DNA from: an uncultured Alphaproteobacteria bacterium
Lineage (GTDB): Bacteria > Pseudomonadota > Alphaproteobacteria > RF32 > CAG-239
Direction of reading: 5' to 3'
NCBI GenBank assembly: GCA_944391475.1
Contig: CALXTR010000002.1
Span: 67,814-131,813 of the forward strand
Length of the DNA: 64,000 nucleotides
Position numbers and translations under genes: made by a program. The notes under the pieces are model-generated. The model was not told the origin of the DNA. It searched no databases and saw only the letters and a program-made list of their open reading frames with translations. This document shows, in pieces, positions 1 to 10,581 of this stretch; the first letter of the stretch is position 1; every line of letters starts with the position of its first letter.

Positions 1-519
1 CAATTTTGGTGCAATATCATTATCCACGTTGCCGGTGGGTTCATCTGCCAGCAATAGTTCCGGACGATTTATCACGGCACGAGCAATAGCTATGCGTTGT
101 TTTTCACCGCCAGAGAGTGTGGAGGCTTTTGCATACATACTCTTATCCAACTCAACCCAAGCCAGCAATTCAGTGACGCGCTTTTTGACCTCTTTGTCAT
201 TCATTCCGCAGATGCGCAGCGGCAAGGCAACATTATCAAACGCGCTCATGTGTTCCAAAAGTCTGAAATCTTGAAAAACGACCCCAATCTTGCGGCGCAA
301 CAGAGACAAACTGTCTCGGTTAGCAAAGTTGATGTTTTTGCCAAACACTCCCATAACTCCGCGGCTGGGCTTTTGCGCCAAATACATCAGGCTCAAGAGT
401 GAGGTTTTTCCCGCGCCGCTCTTGCCGGTTAAAAAATGAAACGAGCCTTTTTTTAGGCATAACTTAACATCACTTAATATCTCGGGTCCTTGGTCATAGC
501 GGATACCGACATTATGCAT
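1..519 (-). CDS. ftsE: Cell-division ABC transporter ATP-binding protein FtsE (C-terminal end runs off window edge; start codon uncertain, ATG at 519 or upstream non-ATG)
   Basis: Reverse-strand translation gives Walker A GKSGAGKTSLL, signature LSGGEKQRIAIARA, Walker B LLLADEPTGNVD and the FtsE-typical LLRRKIGVVFQDFRLL block. The plus-strand ORFs in the track here are mirror artefacts. Confidence 0.8.
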   Translation of the reverse strand, partial: MHNVGIRYDQGPEILSDVKLCLKKGSFHFLTGKSGAGKTSLLSLMYLAQKPSRGVMGVFGKNINFANRDSLSLLRRKIGVVFQDFRLLEHMSAFDNVALPLRICGMNDKEVKKRVTELLAWVELDKSMYAKASTLSGGEKQRIAIARAVINRPELLLADEPTGNVDNDIAPKL

Positions 520-676
520 CTCAATTATTGGACATATATTATCTTTGGTTTCGCTCAAGATTGTTCTCCATGTGAATCATCTTTGTATAAGTTACAGCAA
601 TAAATCTTTTAATAAAATCTTTTTTTGCTTTGATTAAACAATTTTTGTGCTTATAGTGGTTTCAAAAGGAGCAAAA

Positions 677-1672
677 ATGTTAATTAGTTGTCCGAAATGT
701 CATATTACTTATAATATTGATGCAACGGCTATACCTCAAGGTGGCCGCAAGCTTCATTGTACTAACTGCAATGAGTTGTTTTGGTGCAACCCAGAAGATT
801 TGGAAGAACCTACCCGCTTGCTGACCGAGGAAGAGAAAAATGCTCTAAAAAATCCCAAACATCGCGAGAATCCGGCAATGGAGGTGGCTGAGCTCAATAG
901 CAGCATATTTGCCACTAAAGACTCTGACGAATCGGAGGTTACTGAGGATACTCCTATAGATAAAACTGCTACTGAAACCACCAATGAGCCAACCGATGAT
1001 ACAATCGAGGTTACGCAAACTGAGGAAATATCTGATTTCAAAGATGAAACCTCAAATGCGGAAGATAATGCGGTTGAGCCTAGTGAACCTGAAATAGAGC
1101 TTGATGAAAAACAACAAACCGAACAAGATATTCAGGACATATTCAAACGGTTATCAGAACAAAGTGCTCAAATTGATAAACTTGAACACGAAATGGGCAT
1201 TTTTAAGCGTGGTTGCAAAATAGTCTGTAATACTCTTGGTTTTGATAATACGTTCAGCCGTTTAATGTTTGGACTTTTTCTTATCGTCTTTATTTTACTC
1301 GGGATTTATACCGCACGCTATGAAATTACTCGCAAACTGCCTTGGGCTGAGCAAATTTTTAATGCGGCAGGAATCGAATCTAAAATTGTTGGCGAGGGGT
1401 TGAAATTTAGCAATGTCAGCAGACGCGAGTTCGAAGTTGATGATATCAATCACATGGAAATTCGTGGGTTTATTGACAACGAAACTCAGCGAACACTCAA
1501 AATTCCAACTTTGCATGTGGAAGTGCTTGATGAAAACGGCGAAATCATTCAACAGCAAGATGAAGTATTGTTTATTCGCGAAATTGCTCCCGGTGATAAA
1601 AAGCCGTTCAAAATTGATATCAAAAAGCCGTCCATCTTGGGCAAATACATCTACATCACTTTTGTAAAATAA
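677..1672 (+). CDS. Zinc-ribbon (MJ0042-type CPKC..CTNC) plus DUF3426-like membrane protein with an acidic linker
   Basis: ATG at 677 is preceded by AAAGGAG. N-terminal CxxC-x17-CxxC zinc ribbon, long D/E-rich linker, one TM helix and a C-terminal domain. Confidence 0.6.
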   Translation: MLISCPKCHITYNIDATAIPQGGRKLHCTNCNELFWCNPEDLEEPTRLLTEEEKNALKNPKHRENPAMEVAELNSSIFATKDSDESEVTEDTPIDKTATETTNEPTDDTIEVTQTEEISDFKDETSNAEDNAVEPSEPEIELDEKQQTEQDIQDIFKRLSEQSAQIDKLEHEMGIFKRGCKIVCNTLGFDNTFSRLMFGLFLIVFILLGIYTARYEITRKLPWAEQIFNAAGIESKIVGEGLKFSNVSRREFEVDDINHMEIRGFIDNETQRTLKIPTLHVEVLDENGEIIQQQDEVLFIREIAPGDKKPFKIDIKKPSILGKYIYITFVK

Positions 1673-1708
1673 GTAAAAACTCCCGAAACATTCGGGAGTG
1701 TTTTTTTA
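1672..1708. terminator. Bidirectional intrinsic terminator between the DUF3426 gene and uvrA
   Basis: Stem CTCCCGA / TCGGGAG (1679-1685 / 1691-1697), loop AACAT, flanked by an A-run upstream and a T-run downstream. Confidence 0.8.
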
Positions 1709-1721
1709 ATCATCTATCTTC

Positions 1722-4535
1722 CTACAACTTTTGTCGCAAATACTTGGCTGTATAGCTGCCCTCACATTTAGCAACTTCTTCAGGCGTACCTTTGGCAATT
1801 ATCTTGCCGCCGCCATCACCGCCTTCGGGGCCAATATCAATAATGTAATCTGCCGTTTTTATCACGTCCAGATTATGCTCAATTACCACAACCGAGTTGC
1901 CTTGTTCGACCAATTGATGCAAAACCTTGAGCAACTTATTGATATCCTCAAAGTGCAATCCGGTGGTAGGCTCGTCTAAAATATACAACGTCTTGCCGGT
2001 AGCGCGTTTGGACAACTCTTTGGAAAGCTTAATTCTTTGTGCCTCGCCGCCGGACAAGGTTGTGGCCTGTTGCCCGATTTTGATATAGCCTAGACCTACT
2101 TTACGCAGCAAATCGAGCCGGTTTTTAATTGAGGGAATGGCATCGAAAAACACATATGCCTCGTCTACGGTCATATCCAAGACATCGGCAATTGACTTAT
2201 CCTTATATTTGACCTCCAAAGTTTCGCGGTTGAAGCGCTTACCTTTACAAACGTCGCACTCAACATAGACATCGGGCAAAAAGTGCATTTCAATCTTGGT
2301 GACACCATCGCCTTTACAAGCCTCGCAACGACCGCCAGCCACGTTAAAAGAAAAACGTCCGGCATTATAGCCTCTGGCTTTGGCTTCCGGAAGAGCGGCA
2401 AACCAATCGCGAATATAGGTAAACAATCCGGTATAAGTGGCGGGGTTGGATCTTGGGGTGCGGCCAATCGGGGACTGGTCAATATCAATTATCTTATCAA
2501 TATTCTCCAGACCGATTAGCTCATCATAAACTCCGGTCGGCTCCCTACTCCCGTTGAGCTCTTTATTTAGGCCCTTAAACAGAGTTTCCAAAATCAGCGA
2601 AGATTTTCCGCCGCCAGATACTCCGGTCACGCAAGTTAGTGTTCCAAGCGGAATCTTCAAAGTGACATTTTTGAGGTTATTGGTTCTAGCTCCCTTAACC
2701 CCGATAAACTTGCCATTGCCTTTGCGGCGCTGTTTGGGCACGGCAATTTCTCTTTCGCCGTTCAAATATTGCGCGGTTAAACTTTGCTTATTCTTCAGCA
2801 CTTCTTCTACTGTACCTGAGGCCACTACCTCTCCGCCTTGTTGTCCGGCGCCGGGGCCCATATCGACCAGGAAATCGGCCGAGCGAATGGCATCTTCATC
2901 GTGCTCAACCACAATCACGGTATTGCCGATATCACGCAGGCGGTTCAAAGTATCTAGCAACCTATCGTTATCACGCTGATGCAAACCGATGGAGGGTTCG
3001 TCTAGCACATAGAGCACGCCGGTCAAGCCCGAACCGATTTGCGAGGCCAAGCGAATACGCTGTGCCTCCCCGCCCGACAAAGTGCCGCTTTGGCGCGACA
3101 GCGACAAATAGTCTAGCCCGACATTGTTCAAAAAGCTCAGTCTATCAATAATCTCTTTTAATATCTTATGGGCGATTTCGGCCTTTTTGGGGCTCAACTT
3201 GGCCTCAACCTTAGAAAACCAATCGCGGGCTTTCTTAATTGACATTTCGGAGGCTTCCATAATATCTAAGCCATTGACCTTAACCGCCAAAGCCTCGGGT
3301 TTGAGCCGTTTGCCGTGGCAATATTCGCACGGAGCGGCCGACTGATATTTGGAAAACTCCTCTCTTATCCAAGACGAATCGGTTTCCAAAAATCTGCGTT
3401 CCATATTAGGTATAACACCCTCAAATGGTTTATCTGACACAAAGCGAGAATAATACATCGGCACGCAAACATCTCCCGAGCCATACAAAATCAGATTTTT
3501 GGCTTCTTCGGGCAAATCTTTCCACGGAGTTTGCGCGGAGATATTCAAAAAGTCGCACAAAGAGATTAAGGTTTGATGATAAAAAGCTGATTTACCGACA
3601 TTCCACGGGGCAATTGCTCCTTGGTTTAAGGACAGATTGGGATTTGGAATAATCAAATTGGGGTCCATATACAACTTGGCACCAATACCGTCGCAATGCG
3701 GGCAAGCCCCATAAGGATTGTTAAACGAAAACAGGCGCGGCTCAATCTCCTCAATAGTAAAGCCTGATACCGGACAAGCAAATTTGGAAGAAAAGACCGT
3801 ACGCTCCGTGGTTTGAACATTCTCGGCATAAATCAGTCCGTCGCTGATTTTGAGTCCGGTTTCAATTGACTGAGCTAAGCGTTCTTCCAGTCCTTCTTTA
3901 ATCACCAAACGGTCAACCACTACTTCAATATCGTGCTTTTGGTTCTTGTTTAGGCTAGGAACTTCTTCAATAGCATAAACCGAGCCATCAACTTTAACTC
4001 GCTGGTAACCCTGTTTTTGCAAGGTTTCAAATTCTTTTTTGAACTCGCCTTTTTTGCCACGTGCAATCGGAGCCAAAAGCAAAATCTTGGTGCCGGGGAT
4101 AAACTCCATTATCTTATCGACCATTTGGGAAACGGTTTGCGATTCAATCGGCAATCCGGTAACCGGTGAATATGGTGTGCCGGCGCGAGCCCAAAGAAGA
4201 CGCATATAATCGTAAATTTCGGTTACCGTGCCAACGGTTGAGCGCGGGTTATGTGAAGTAGTCTTTTGCTCAATGGAAATGGCCGGAGACAATCCCTCTA
4301 TCGAATCCACATCGGGTTTTTTCATCAAATCCAAAAACTGGCGGGCATAAGATGACAAGCTTTCCACATAGCGGCGTTGTCCGTCGGCATATATGGTATC
4401 AAATGCCAAGGACGATTTACCCGAGCCTGACAATCCAGTGATTACGGTCAATTTGTTTTTGGGGATATTGATATCCACATTCTTTAGGTTGTGCTCGCGG
4501 GCACCTTTTATTTCTATATAGCTTTCGTTGCTCAT
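1722..4535 (-). CDS. uvrA: Excinuclease ABC subunit A
   Basis: 937 aa with two ABC ATPase modules ([24 protein letters not shown]), zinc-finger CxxC pairs and LSGGEAQRI signatures. Confidence 0.95.
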   Translation of the reverse strand: MSNESYIEIKGAREHNLKNVDINIPKNKLTVITGLSGSGKSSLAFDTIYADGQRRYVESLSSYARQFLDLMKKPDVDSIEGLSPAISIEQKTTSHNPRSTVGTVTEIYDYMRLLWARAGTPYSPVTGLPIESQTVSQMVDKIMEFIPGTKILLLAPIARGKKGEFKKEFETLQKQGYQRVKVDGSVYAIEEVPSLNKNQKHDIEVVVDRLVIKEGLEERLAQSIETGLKISDGLIYAENVQTTERTVFSSKFACPVSGFTIEEIEPRLFSFNNPYGACPHCDGIGAKLYMDPNLIIPNPNLSLNQGAIAPWNVGKSAFYHQTLISLCDFLNISAQTPWKDLPEEAKNLILYGSGDVCVPMYYSRFVSDKPFEGVIPNMERRFLETDSSWIREEFSKYQSAAPCEYCHGKRLKPEALAVKVNGLDIMEASEMSIKKARDWFSKVEAKLSPKKAEIAHKILKEIIDRLSFLNNVGLDYLSLSRQSGTLSGGEAQRIRLASQIGSGLTGVLYVLDEPSIGLHQRDNDRLLDTLNRLRDIGNTVIVVEHDEDAIRSADFLVDMGPGAGQQGGEVVASGTVEEVLKNKQSLTAQYLNGEREIAVPKQRRKGNGKFIGVKGARTNNLKNVTLKIPLGTLTCVTGVSGGGKSSLILETLFKGLNKELNGSREPTGVYDELIGLENIDKIIDIDQSPIGRTPRSNPATYTGLFTYIRDWFAALPEAKARGYNAGRFSFNVAGGRCEACKGDGVTKIEMHFLPDVYVECDVCKGKRFNRETLEVKYKDKSIADVLDMTVDEAYVFFDAIPSIKNRLDLLRKVGLGYIKIGQQATTLSGGEAQRIKLSKELSKRATGKTLYILDEPTTGLHFEDINKLLKVLHQLVEQGNSVVVIEHNLDVIKTADYIIDIGPEGGDGGGKIIAKGTPEEVAKCEGSYTAKYLRQKL

Positions 4536-4569
4536 CTCTCATCTCCGGAATCGGAATATAATATTATGC

Positions 4570-4584
4570 GAACAAAATAGCAAC
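4570..4584. promoter_or_regulatory. Putative alphaproteobacterial-type LexA box upstream of uvrA
   Basis: GAAC-AAAATAG-CAAC, reverse complement GTTG-N7-GTTC. One mismatch to the GTTC-N7-GTTC direct-repeat SOS box, about 35 nt upstream of the uvrA start. Confidence 0.4.
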
Positions 4585-4602
4585 AAAAAACTCAACACGC
4601 AT

Positions 4603-4631
4603 AAAAAAACGCCCCTGAAACTTCAAGGGCG
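4603..4631 (-). terminator. Intrinsic terminator downstream of the fadL-family gene
   Basis: 10-bp stem CGCCCCTGAA / TTCAAGGGCG with one mismatch and a 2-nt loop, followed on the minus strand by a 7-nt T-run. Confidence 0.65.
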
Positions 4632-4649
4632 CATAGTTCCTTTATTGGC

Positions 4650-5903
4650 TTAAAAATTATAATTTATGCCAAGGGCTACAATATGAATGTCATTCTCATA
4701 TTTGGCCTGCATTGAACCGCGCAGGGCATCGCCTTCATGAGTGCCATCTAAGTTAACACGCCCTTTTTCGGCTCTAATATAAGTATAACCGAGGTTTAGG
4801 GTGGTATTATCATTTAGGGCATATTCAATACCACCGGCATACCACAAGCGGTCAGCATCGGGAATGCGCGGGGTGCGGTAATATTCTCCCACTGCACCTT
4901 GGTCAACCGCAAAACCGGCTCTGAACTTCCACTTATCATTATAGCGATAGCTGGCACCAATAGCATAGAACGTAGTATCTTTCCATTTTTCTTGGGTGAC
5001 ACTATTAATCCCGTTTTGACCATTAATTCTTAATTCTTCAAACGATGACCAATATGTGCGGCCAAATTCGGCCATGACCGACCACTGATCATTGATGTCA
5101 TGATAGGCACCAATGGTTAAATTGGCCGGAGTGGTTAAACGAGCCGAAATATTCTGGTCCATATCTACGGCCTTGCTGAAATCAATATTGCCTTTAAGCT
5201 TGTGCTTTATCTGGCTGCGGTAGCCGATACCAAAGCGAGTGCTGTCAGAATATTCATATAAGGCACCCAAAGTATAACCAACATCTAGAGCATCGCCGTA
5301 TAGCTTTGTATGGTCTTCTTGCGGCATCATACCGTTCATAGTGATTTGGGCATTGGACAACTTGGCTCGAACATACTGAAACTGTACCCCTGCTCCCAAA
5401 GATAATTTGCAAAATGGACGATACGCCAACATCGGAGTGGCTGTCAAAGTCTTAACATCAGATTTGGTACCATGGAAACGTCCGGCCCAATCATCGTCAT
5501 ATGTTGTTATCATCCCAAAAGGCGTATTTAAAGAAAATCCCGCAGTCCATTTATTGTTTATCTGGTGCGAGACGTAAAAATTTGGAGAGACGGCATCGTG
5601 CACAATGTTTCCGGTATAGCCGGTTTCACTATGGCCTGCAACCGGATTATCCGAACTTGCGGTCTTGGCCTTGGAGCGTGGTCCAATCCAAGTGCCGCCG
5701 ACAGCCATTTTGGTGCCGCTGTGGCGAGTTAATCCCGCCGGATTGAAGTAAGAATAGGTGATATCTTCGGCTCCGGCCGTGGCTCCTGCAAAAGCATTAC
5801 CCTGAGCGGCGGCGGATTGTTCTTTGAGGTTGAAGCCCGAAGCAAACGCCTCTGAGCTGGCAAAAACGGCGCACAAAGCCGTGTAGTACAAAAGTTTCTT
5901 CAT
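4650..5903 (-). CDS. fadL: Outer-membrane long-chain fatty acid / hydrophobic compound transporter (FadL/OmpP1/TodX family)
   Basis: Signal peptide, then the family N-terminus GFNLKEQSAAAQGNAFAGATAGAEDITYSYFNPAGL. C-terminal aromatic residue typical of a beta-barrel. Confidence 0.8.
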   Translation of the reverse strand: MKKLLYYTALCAVFASSEAFASGFNLKEQSAAAQGNAFAGATAGAEDITYSYFNPAGLTRHSGTKMAVGGTWIGPRSKAKTASSDNPVAGHSETGYTGNIVHDAVSPNFYVSHQINNKWTAGFSLNTPFGMITTYDDDWAGRFHGTKSDVKTLTATPMLAYRPFCKLSLGAGVQFQYVRAKLSNAQITMNGMMPQEDHTKLYGDALDVGYTLGALYEYSDSTRFGIGYRSQIKHKLKGNIDFSKAVDMDQNISARLTTPANLTIGAYHDINDQWSVMAEFGRTYWSSFEELRINGQNGINSVTQEKWKDTTFYAIGASYRYNDKWKFRAGFAVDQGAVGEYYRTPRIPDADRLWYAGGIEYALNDNTTLNLGYTYIRAEKGRVNLDGTHEGDALRGSMQAKYENDIHIVALGINYNF

Positions 5904-6163
5904 TAGTTCTGCTTTATCTGTTAACCCGGGGGCAGTAACAAATTGTCCGTCCTAGTTTTATTCTGCCTTGATGAATCTTTAACCGGAATGTGACAAAATG
6001 CAACGAAAAATTATCCACCTATGGACAACCTCAACAAACTTCTGCAAAATCAAAGTATTACATCATTATTATGTCAGATTTTTGACAAACCTTGCTTTTT
6101 GCTTTACATTGGGCGCAGATTTTGCTTTCATATTACAATGAACTAACTATACGGAGAACTACT

Positions 6164-8365
6164 TTGCACGAGTTTGTGAAGTTCTGCCTTAGAACTATAT
6201 TCAAAATCTTCAAGGTTCGCTGCAATATCCAATTTGACCTTGCTGATTTACCCCCTAAAGCTGTTTATGTTTCTAACCATGTGTCTTTCTTAGACCCAAT
6301 CATCTTGTTTGCTTTCTTACCCGGCAATCCGGTATTTGCACTCAACGGGCATTTGTATCGACGCAAGTTTATTCGTTTCTTGATGAAAAAAGCCGATATC
6401 CTCTTGTTTAACCCGATTGAACCAGGAGATATCAAAAATCTGATTGCCAAAGTGGACAGCGGACGCCAAGTAGTAATCTTTGCCGAAGGCCGCATGACCG
6501 AAAACGGCGGGCTGATGAAAATTTACGAAGCTCCGGGATTGGTGGCTGATAAGTCCAAAGCTCCACTCATTCCAATTTGGATTAACGGACCGCAATATGG
6601 CTTTTTTTCCAAAACTAAAGGCAAATTGCCTCATCGGCCTCTCCCCAAAGTAAAAATCACGGTCGGCAAGCCTCGCAGTTTCAAACTCAAAGACGAACTC
6701 CGCAGACAGCGCGACCATATCAGTAACGAAGTATATCAAATCTTACGTGAGATGAGTTTTGAGGTTAACTACAACCCCAACATTTCATTATTTGCTCAAC
6801 TGATGAAAACCGCTAAAGTCCATTCTAAAAAAGGATTAATTCATCGTCCGAAATTTGTAGAAGACATTCAGCGCGTTCCCAACTCTTATAAAGACATTAT
6901 CATCAAATCCTTTGTACTTGGAAAATATTTTAAGCGTCGCACCCTACCCGGTGAACACGTTGCACTGTTGTTACCAAACTCTATTGCCACGGTTTGCACC
7001 TTCTTTGGTTTATCGGCCTATGACCGAGTGCCGGTGATGCTTAATTTCTCGGTTGGGGCTCAGAACATGATGTCAATGTGTCAGACTGCCCAAGTGCGCA
7101 TTGTCATTACATCTCTAACCTTCATCAAAACCGCCAAGCTTGAAAATGCCGTGGAAGTGCTTAAAGCAAACGGATTTAATGTCATCTACTTGGAATCTTT
7201 ACGCAAAGATATTGGCTTATGGGAAAAAATTAATGCTTATTTGCGCTACAAAATTAAGCGCGTGCCTCACAAAGACGGCGGTAATAAAAAAGCCGTTATT
7301 CTCTTTACTTCAGGCTCAGAAGGTGCGCCTAAAGCCGTGGTCTTAAGCCATGCCAACATCATTTCTAACATCAAACAAATGTCATCCATTGAGACCATTA
7401 ACACCACCGACACCGTGTTTAATGCATTGCCGATGTTTCACAGTTTTGGTCTCACGGTGGGAACACTCTTCCCCATGCTGGAAGGAGCCAAACTTTTCCT
7501 CTACCCCTCGCCTTTACATTATCGTATTGTGGCAGAGCTGGTTTATGAAATTGGGGCAACCATTATGTTTGGTACCGATACTTTCTTCCGTGGGTATGGG
7601 CGGATTGCTCACCCGTTTGACTTTCACAATGTGCGGTTTATGTTTGGCGGTGCCGAAGCGGTCAAAGCCGACACGCGCGATATGTGGATGGAGCGTCTTG
7701 GCATTCGGGTAATGGAGGCTTATGGCTCGACCGAATGCTCTCCTGTCGTAACTGCAAACAACCGTATCTTTAACCGTTTTGGCTCTATCGGCAAGCTCTT
7801 GCCAGCGATGGAATATAAAATCCAGCCCGTTGATGGGATTGAAAAAGGTGGCGAGCTGGTAGTGCGTGGTCCTAACGTAATGCTTGGCTATATTATCCCT
7901 TCTCACCCCGGTGTGTTGCAACCGCTTGAAGATGGTTGGTATCATACCGGCGATGTGGTCGAAATTGATGAAATTGGTTTTATCTACATCAAAGACCGCA
8001 TCAAACGCTTTGCCAAAATCGGCGGTGAGATGGTTTCGCTCAATGCCGTTGACAACATGGTACGCAAAGCCTATGAGTGGATGGCGCCCCAAGACAAATC
8101 TGATGACAACGGTGAGATGTTTAGTTACGGGGTGGTTGCAATTCCGCACGAAAGCAAGGGTGAACAGATTGTTTTGGTAACCAACAACCGTATGGTCACG
8201 CAAGATGTCTTACACAGCTACATCAAAAACAACGGAATGTCGGAGCTTTATTTACCACGGATTATATTGTTCCGTGACAAACTACCTGTATTTGCAACCG
8301 GAAAAGCCGACAATGTAACCCTCAAAAGAGAAGTACTTGAAGAACTTTCCGGCAAGGCAGAATAA
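6164..8365 (+). CDS. aas: Bifunctional 2-acylglycerophosphoethanolamine acyltransferase / acyl-ACP synthetase (Aas-like). TTG start at 6164 preferred over the track ATG at 6092
   Basis: N-terminal PlsC-type HX4D motif (NHVSFLDP). C-terminal AMP-binding motif (LFTSGSEGAPKAV) and acyl-ACP synthetase domain. N-terminal length then matches E. coli Aas. GGAGA SD 5 nt before the TTG. Confidence 0.8.
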   Translation: MHEFVKFCLRTIFKIFKVRCNIQFDLADLPPKAVYVSNHVSFLDPIILFAFLPGNPVFALNGHLYRRKFIRFLMKKADILLFNPIEPGDIKNLIAKVDSGRQVVIFAEGRMTENGGLMKIYEAPGLVADKSKAPLIPIWINGPQYGFFSKTKGKLPHRPLPKVKITVGKPRSFKLKDELRRQRDHISNEVYQILREMSFEVNYNPNISLFAQLMKTAKVHSKKGLIHRPKFVEDIQRVPNSYKDIIIKSFVLGKYFKRRTLPGEHVALLLPNSIATVCTFFGLSAYDRVPVMLNFSVGAQNMMSMCQTAQVRIVITSLTFIKTAKLENAVEVLKANGFNVIYLESLRKDIGLWEKINAYLRYKIKRVPHKDGGNKKAVILFTSGSEGAPKAVVLSHANIISNIKQMSSIETINTTDTVFNALPMFHSFGLTVGTLFPMLEGAKLFLYPSPLHYRIVAELVYEIGATIMFGTDTFFRGYGRIAHPFDFHNVRFMFGGAEAVKADTRDMWMERLGIRVMEAYGSTECSPVVTANNRIFNRFGSIGKLLPAMEYKIQPVDGIEKGGELVVRGPNVMLGYIIPSHPGVLQPLEDGWYHTGDVVEIDEIGFIYIKDRIKRFAKIGGEMVSLNAVDNMVRKAYEWMAPQDKSDDNGEMFSYGVVAIPHESKGEQIVLVTNNRMVTQDVLHSYIKNNGMSELYLPRIILFRDKLPVFATGKADNVTLKREVLEELSGKAE

Positions 8366-8381
8366 ACATCTACCCTACAAC

Positions 8382-8419
8382 AAAAAAACTCCCGAGCTCA
8401 AACTCGGGAGTTTTATTTT
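8382..8419. terminator. Bidirectional intrinsic terminator between aas and malQ
   Basis: Stem CTCCCGAG / CTCGGGAG with loop CTCAAA, an A-run before and TTTTATTTT after. Confidence 0.8.
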
Positions 8420-8431
8420 ACTTATTCACCA

Positions 8432-10570
8432 CTATCTTTCACGTTTAATCGCAGCGATGTTGCGCACATAGGCAATATCGGTTTCCATATTCTCCAACCT
8501 AACCGGAATTTTGCGCCGCCAGTTGGGGTGTTTATCCCTATCAATGCCGGGAACATTTTGCATTTTTTCAACGTGCAAGATATCTTCAAACTGACTTAAA
8601 AATACCTCTGATGGTGTACGCGAAACAAAACGCTCTACTGCCTCTTCTATACCTTCGGGATATCCTTCTCCATACAGATAATCACCCTTGCGTGGTTTGT
8701 CTTCAGGCCAAACGGCATTGCTGTCTAAAGCAAAGAGCAATTTTTTGCGCTCTAACTCACGTTCGTGATAACACCAATGCATTTGCTCTTCGGTATAAAT
8801 TCCCAACTTTTGTTTTTCGGCAATTTCATAACCAAACCACCACATTTTGAGCGGAGGCATATCGTGTGTGCCAACTGAGGCAAATGCTTTTCTCGGATAC
8901 TCATGAGGGGATTTGAAATCGCTGGTGCCAACCGGACGTTCTACCCACAGCACACTCAGCGAGCTGATATTTTTCTCAGCTAATTTTTCAATAAACCCTT
9001 CGGGAACAATTCCGATGCTCTCACCTACTATCACGCAACGATTGAGCCAGCTCTCAATGGCTAGAATATTGAGCATGTCGGCAAAATTATACAGCACATA
9101 GCTGCCGCATTCTTCTTTATTGAGAATAATAAACAAGCGCATAATTCCCATTGCGTGGTCAATGCGTAACGCTCCGGCATTGCGCATATTGGCACGCAGC
9201 ACTTTGATATAAGGTGCATAAGCACGTTCCTTTAATATCTCAGGGTGAAACGCACCCAAGCCCCAATTTTGACCATTGCAGAAAAGCTCATCTGGTGGTG
9301 CTCCGGCGCCGGCATCTTTGATAAACACATCATAATCTCCCCACAGCTCGGCACTGTTTTGAGAAACTCCGACCGGCAAATCGCGGTAGAGACCAATTTT
9401 TAGGCCCACTTCATCAATATGCTTTTTAACGGCATCAAACTGGCGCTCAGCCTCAAACTGCAGATATTTGAAGAAACCCACCCTTTCTTGGTTGGTTTTG
9501 GCATATTCTGCCACTGCTTTGGAGTTGGAATTGCGGTAGTCCTCTTCCCAGGCTTTCCATCCTCCCCATACGCTATGAGCACGCTCTTCCGACAAAGCTT
9601 GGAACAATGCCAGTTTTTCCAAGTCTGCTCCTTTATCGCGGCAATAATTTTGATATGCCTGATAATATTCAGAATGTTTGTTTTGGAGCATTTTGTGATA
9701 CAATTTATTAAGCATACGAATCTTTAACTCATAGACCGGAGTATATTCAATCAACTCACTATTGCGCAGGCGCTCGATTTCTTCTTGATAAGGTGCGGCG
9801 TCTTTTGCCTCATAGCCATCGACTTTCTCAACATCAATATAAATCGGGTTCAAGAACAAGCGGCTGATGGAGCCATATGGGCTGGCTTCTTCGGGATAGT
9901 CATGCGACAACACACTAAGAGGATTTAAGCCTATGATATCCGCTCCCGAACGATGACATATATCAACCAGATTATGCAAATCCGTAAAGTCTCCGATACC
10001 CCAATTGCGATTGCTGGTTAAGGAATATAACTGCACGGCAAAACCCCATAAACGCTCTCTTTCTAAAGCCTCATTAACATAGCATTTTTCCGGAGCAACT
10101 GCTAAAATTGACTGATATTTTTTACCGGCAGCGACTAGCTCAATATTATAGTAGCCAACTTCTAAGCGACCATTTATTTTAATAACGATTTTTTTATATG
10201 TGGTGTGGCCGATGGTATATCTGCTCCCTTCGTCAAAAACTCCATAATCGGGAACAAAACTACTCTGATTGTTTTGGTATGATAACTTGAACTCAAGTGA
10301 AGATGTATCTTGAGTTTCCGGCAAAATGATATCAAACCAGATATCTTTTTGTTCTACCACATAGATACTTTCCAAGGTTTTTTGCCAGCGTTTTTTCTGG
10401 TGCTTTTCAATGGAGCGTGCAATCTCTTCGTCTGAGCCTGCTTTATAGCCTAACTTTTCAGCTAAGAGCCTTATGACTGGTTCATCAATTGTATACTCTC
10501 GATTATGCTCACCGACATAAGATGTTAAAATACCTATGGTATCGGCAAGTTTTTGAACAGAAGGGGTCAT
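8432..10570 (-). CDS. malQ: 4-alpha-glucanotransferase (amylomaltase, GH77)
   Basis: 712-aa product resembling GH77 MalQ, last gene of the glgB-glgX-malQ operon. Confidence 0.75.
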   Translation of the reverse strand: MTPSVQKLADTIGILTSYVGEHNREYTIDEPVIRLLAEKLGYKAGSDEEIARSIEKHQKKRWQKTLESIYVVEQKDIWFDIILPETQDTSSLEFKLSYQNNQSSFVPDYGVFDEGSRYTIGHTTYKKIVIKINGRLEVGYYNIELVAAGKKYQSILAVAPEKCYVNEALERERLWGFAVQLYSLTSNRNWGIGDFTDLHNLVDICHRSGADIIGLNPLSVLSHDYPEEASPYGSISRLFLNPIYIDVEKVDGYEAKDAAPYQEEIERLRNSELIEYTPVYELKIRMLNKLYHKMLQNKHSEYYQAYQNYCRDKGADLEKLALFQALSEERAHSVWGGWKAWEEDYRNSNSKAVAEYAKTNQERVGFFKYLQFEAERQFDAVKKHIDEVGLKIGLYRDLPVGVSQNSAELWGDYDVFIKDAGAGAPPDELFCNGQNWGLGAFHPEILKERAYAPYIKVLRANMRNAGALRIDHAMGIMRLFIILNKEECGSYVLYNFADMLNILAIESWLNRCVIVGESIGIVPEGFIEKLAEKNISSLSVLWVERPVGTSDFKSPHEYPRKAFASVGTHDMPPLKMWWFGYEIAEKQKLGIYTEEQMHWCYHERELERKKLLFALDSNAVWPEDKPRKGDYLYGEGYPEGIEEAVERFVSRTPSEVFLSQFEDILHVEKMQNVPGIDRDKHPNWRRKIPVRLENMETDIAYVRNIAAIKRER

Positions 10571-10581
10571 CTTGTTTCTCC

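Noticed and set aside
29-402. Plus-strand ORFs 29-274 and 97-402
   Set aside because: They lie antisense to a clear FtsE coding sequence with intact Walker/signature motifs and show no motif of their own.
7514-8203. 229-aa minus-strand ORF inside aas
   Set aside because: Mirror frame of the AMP-binding domain. aas has continuous strong homology on the plus strand.
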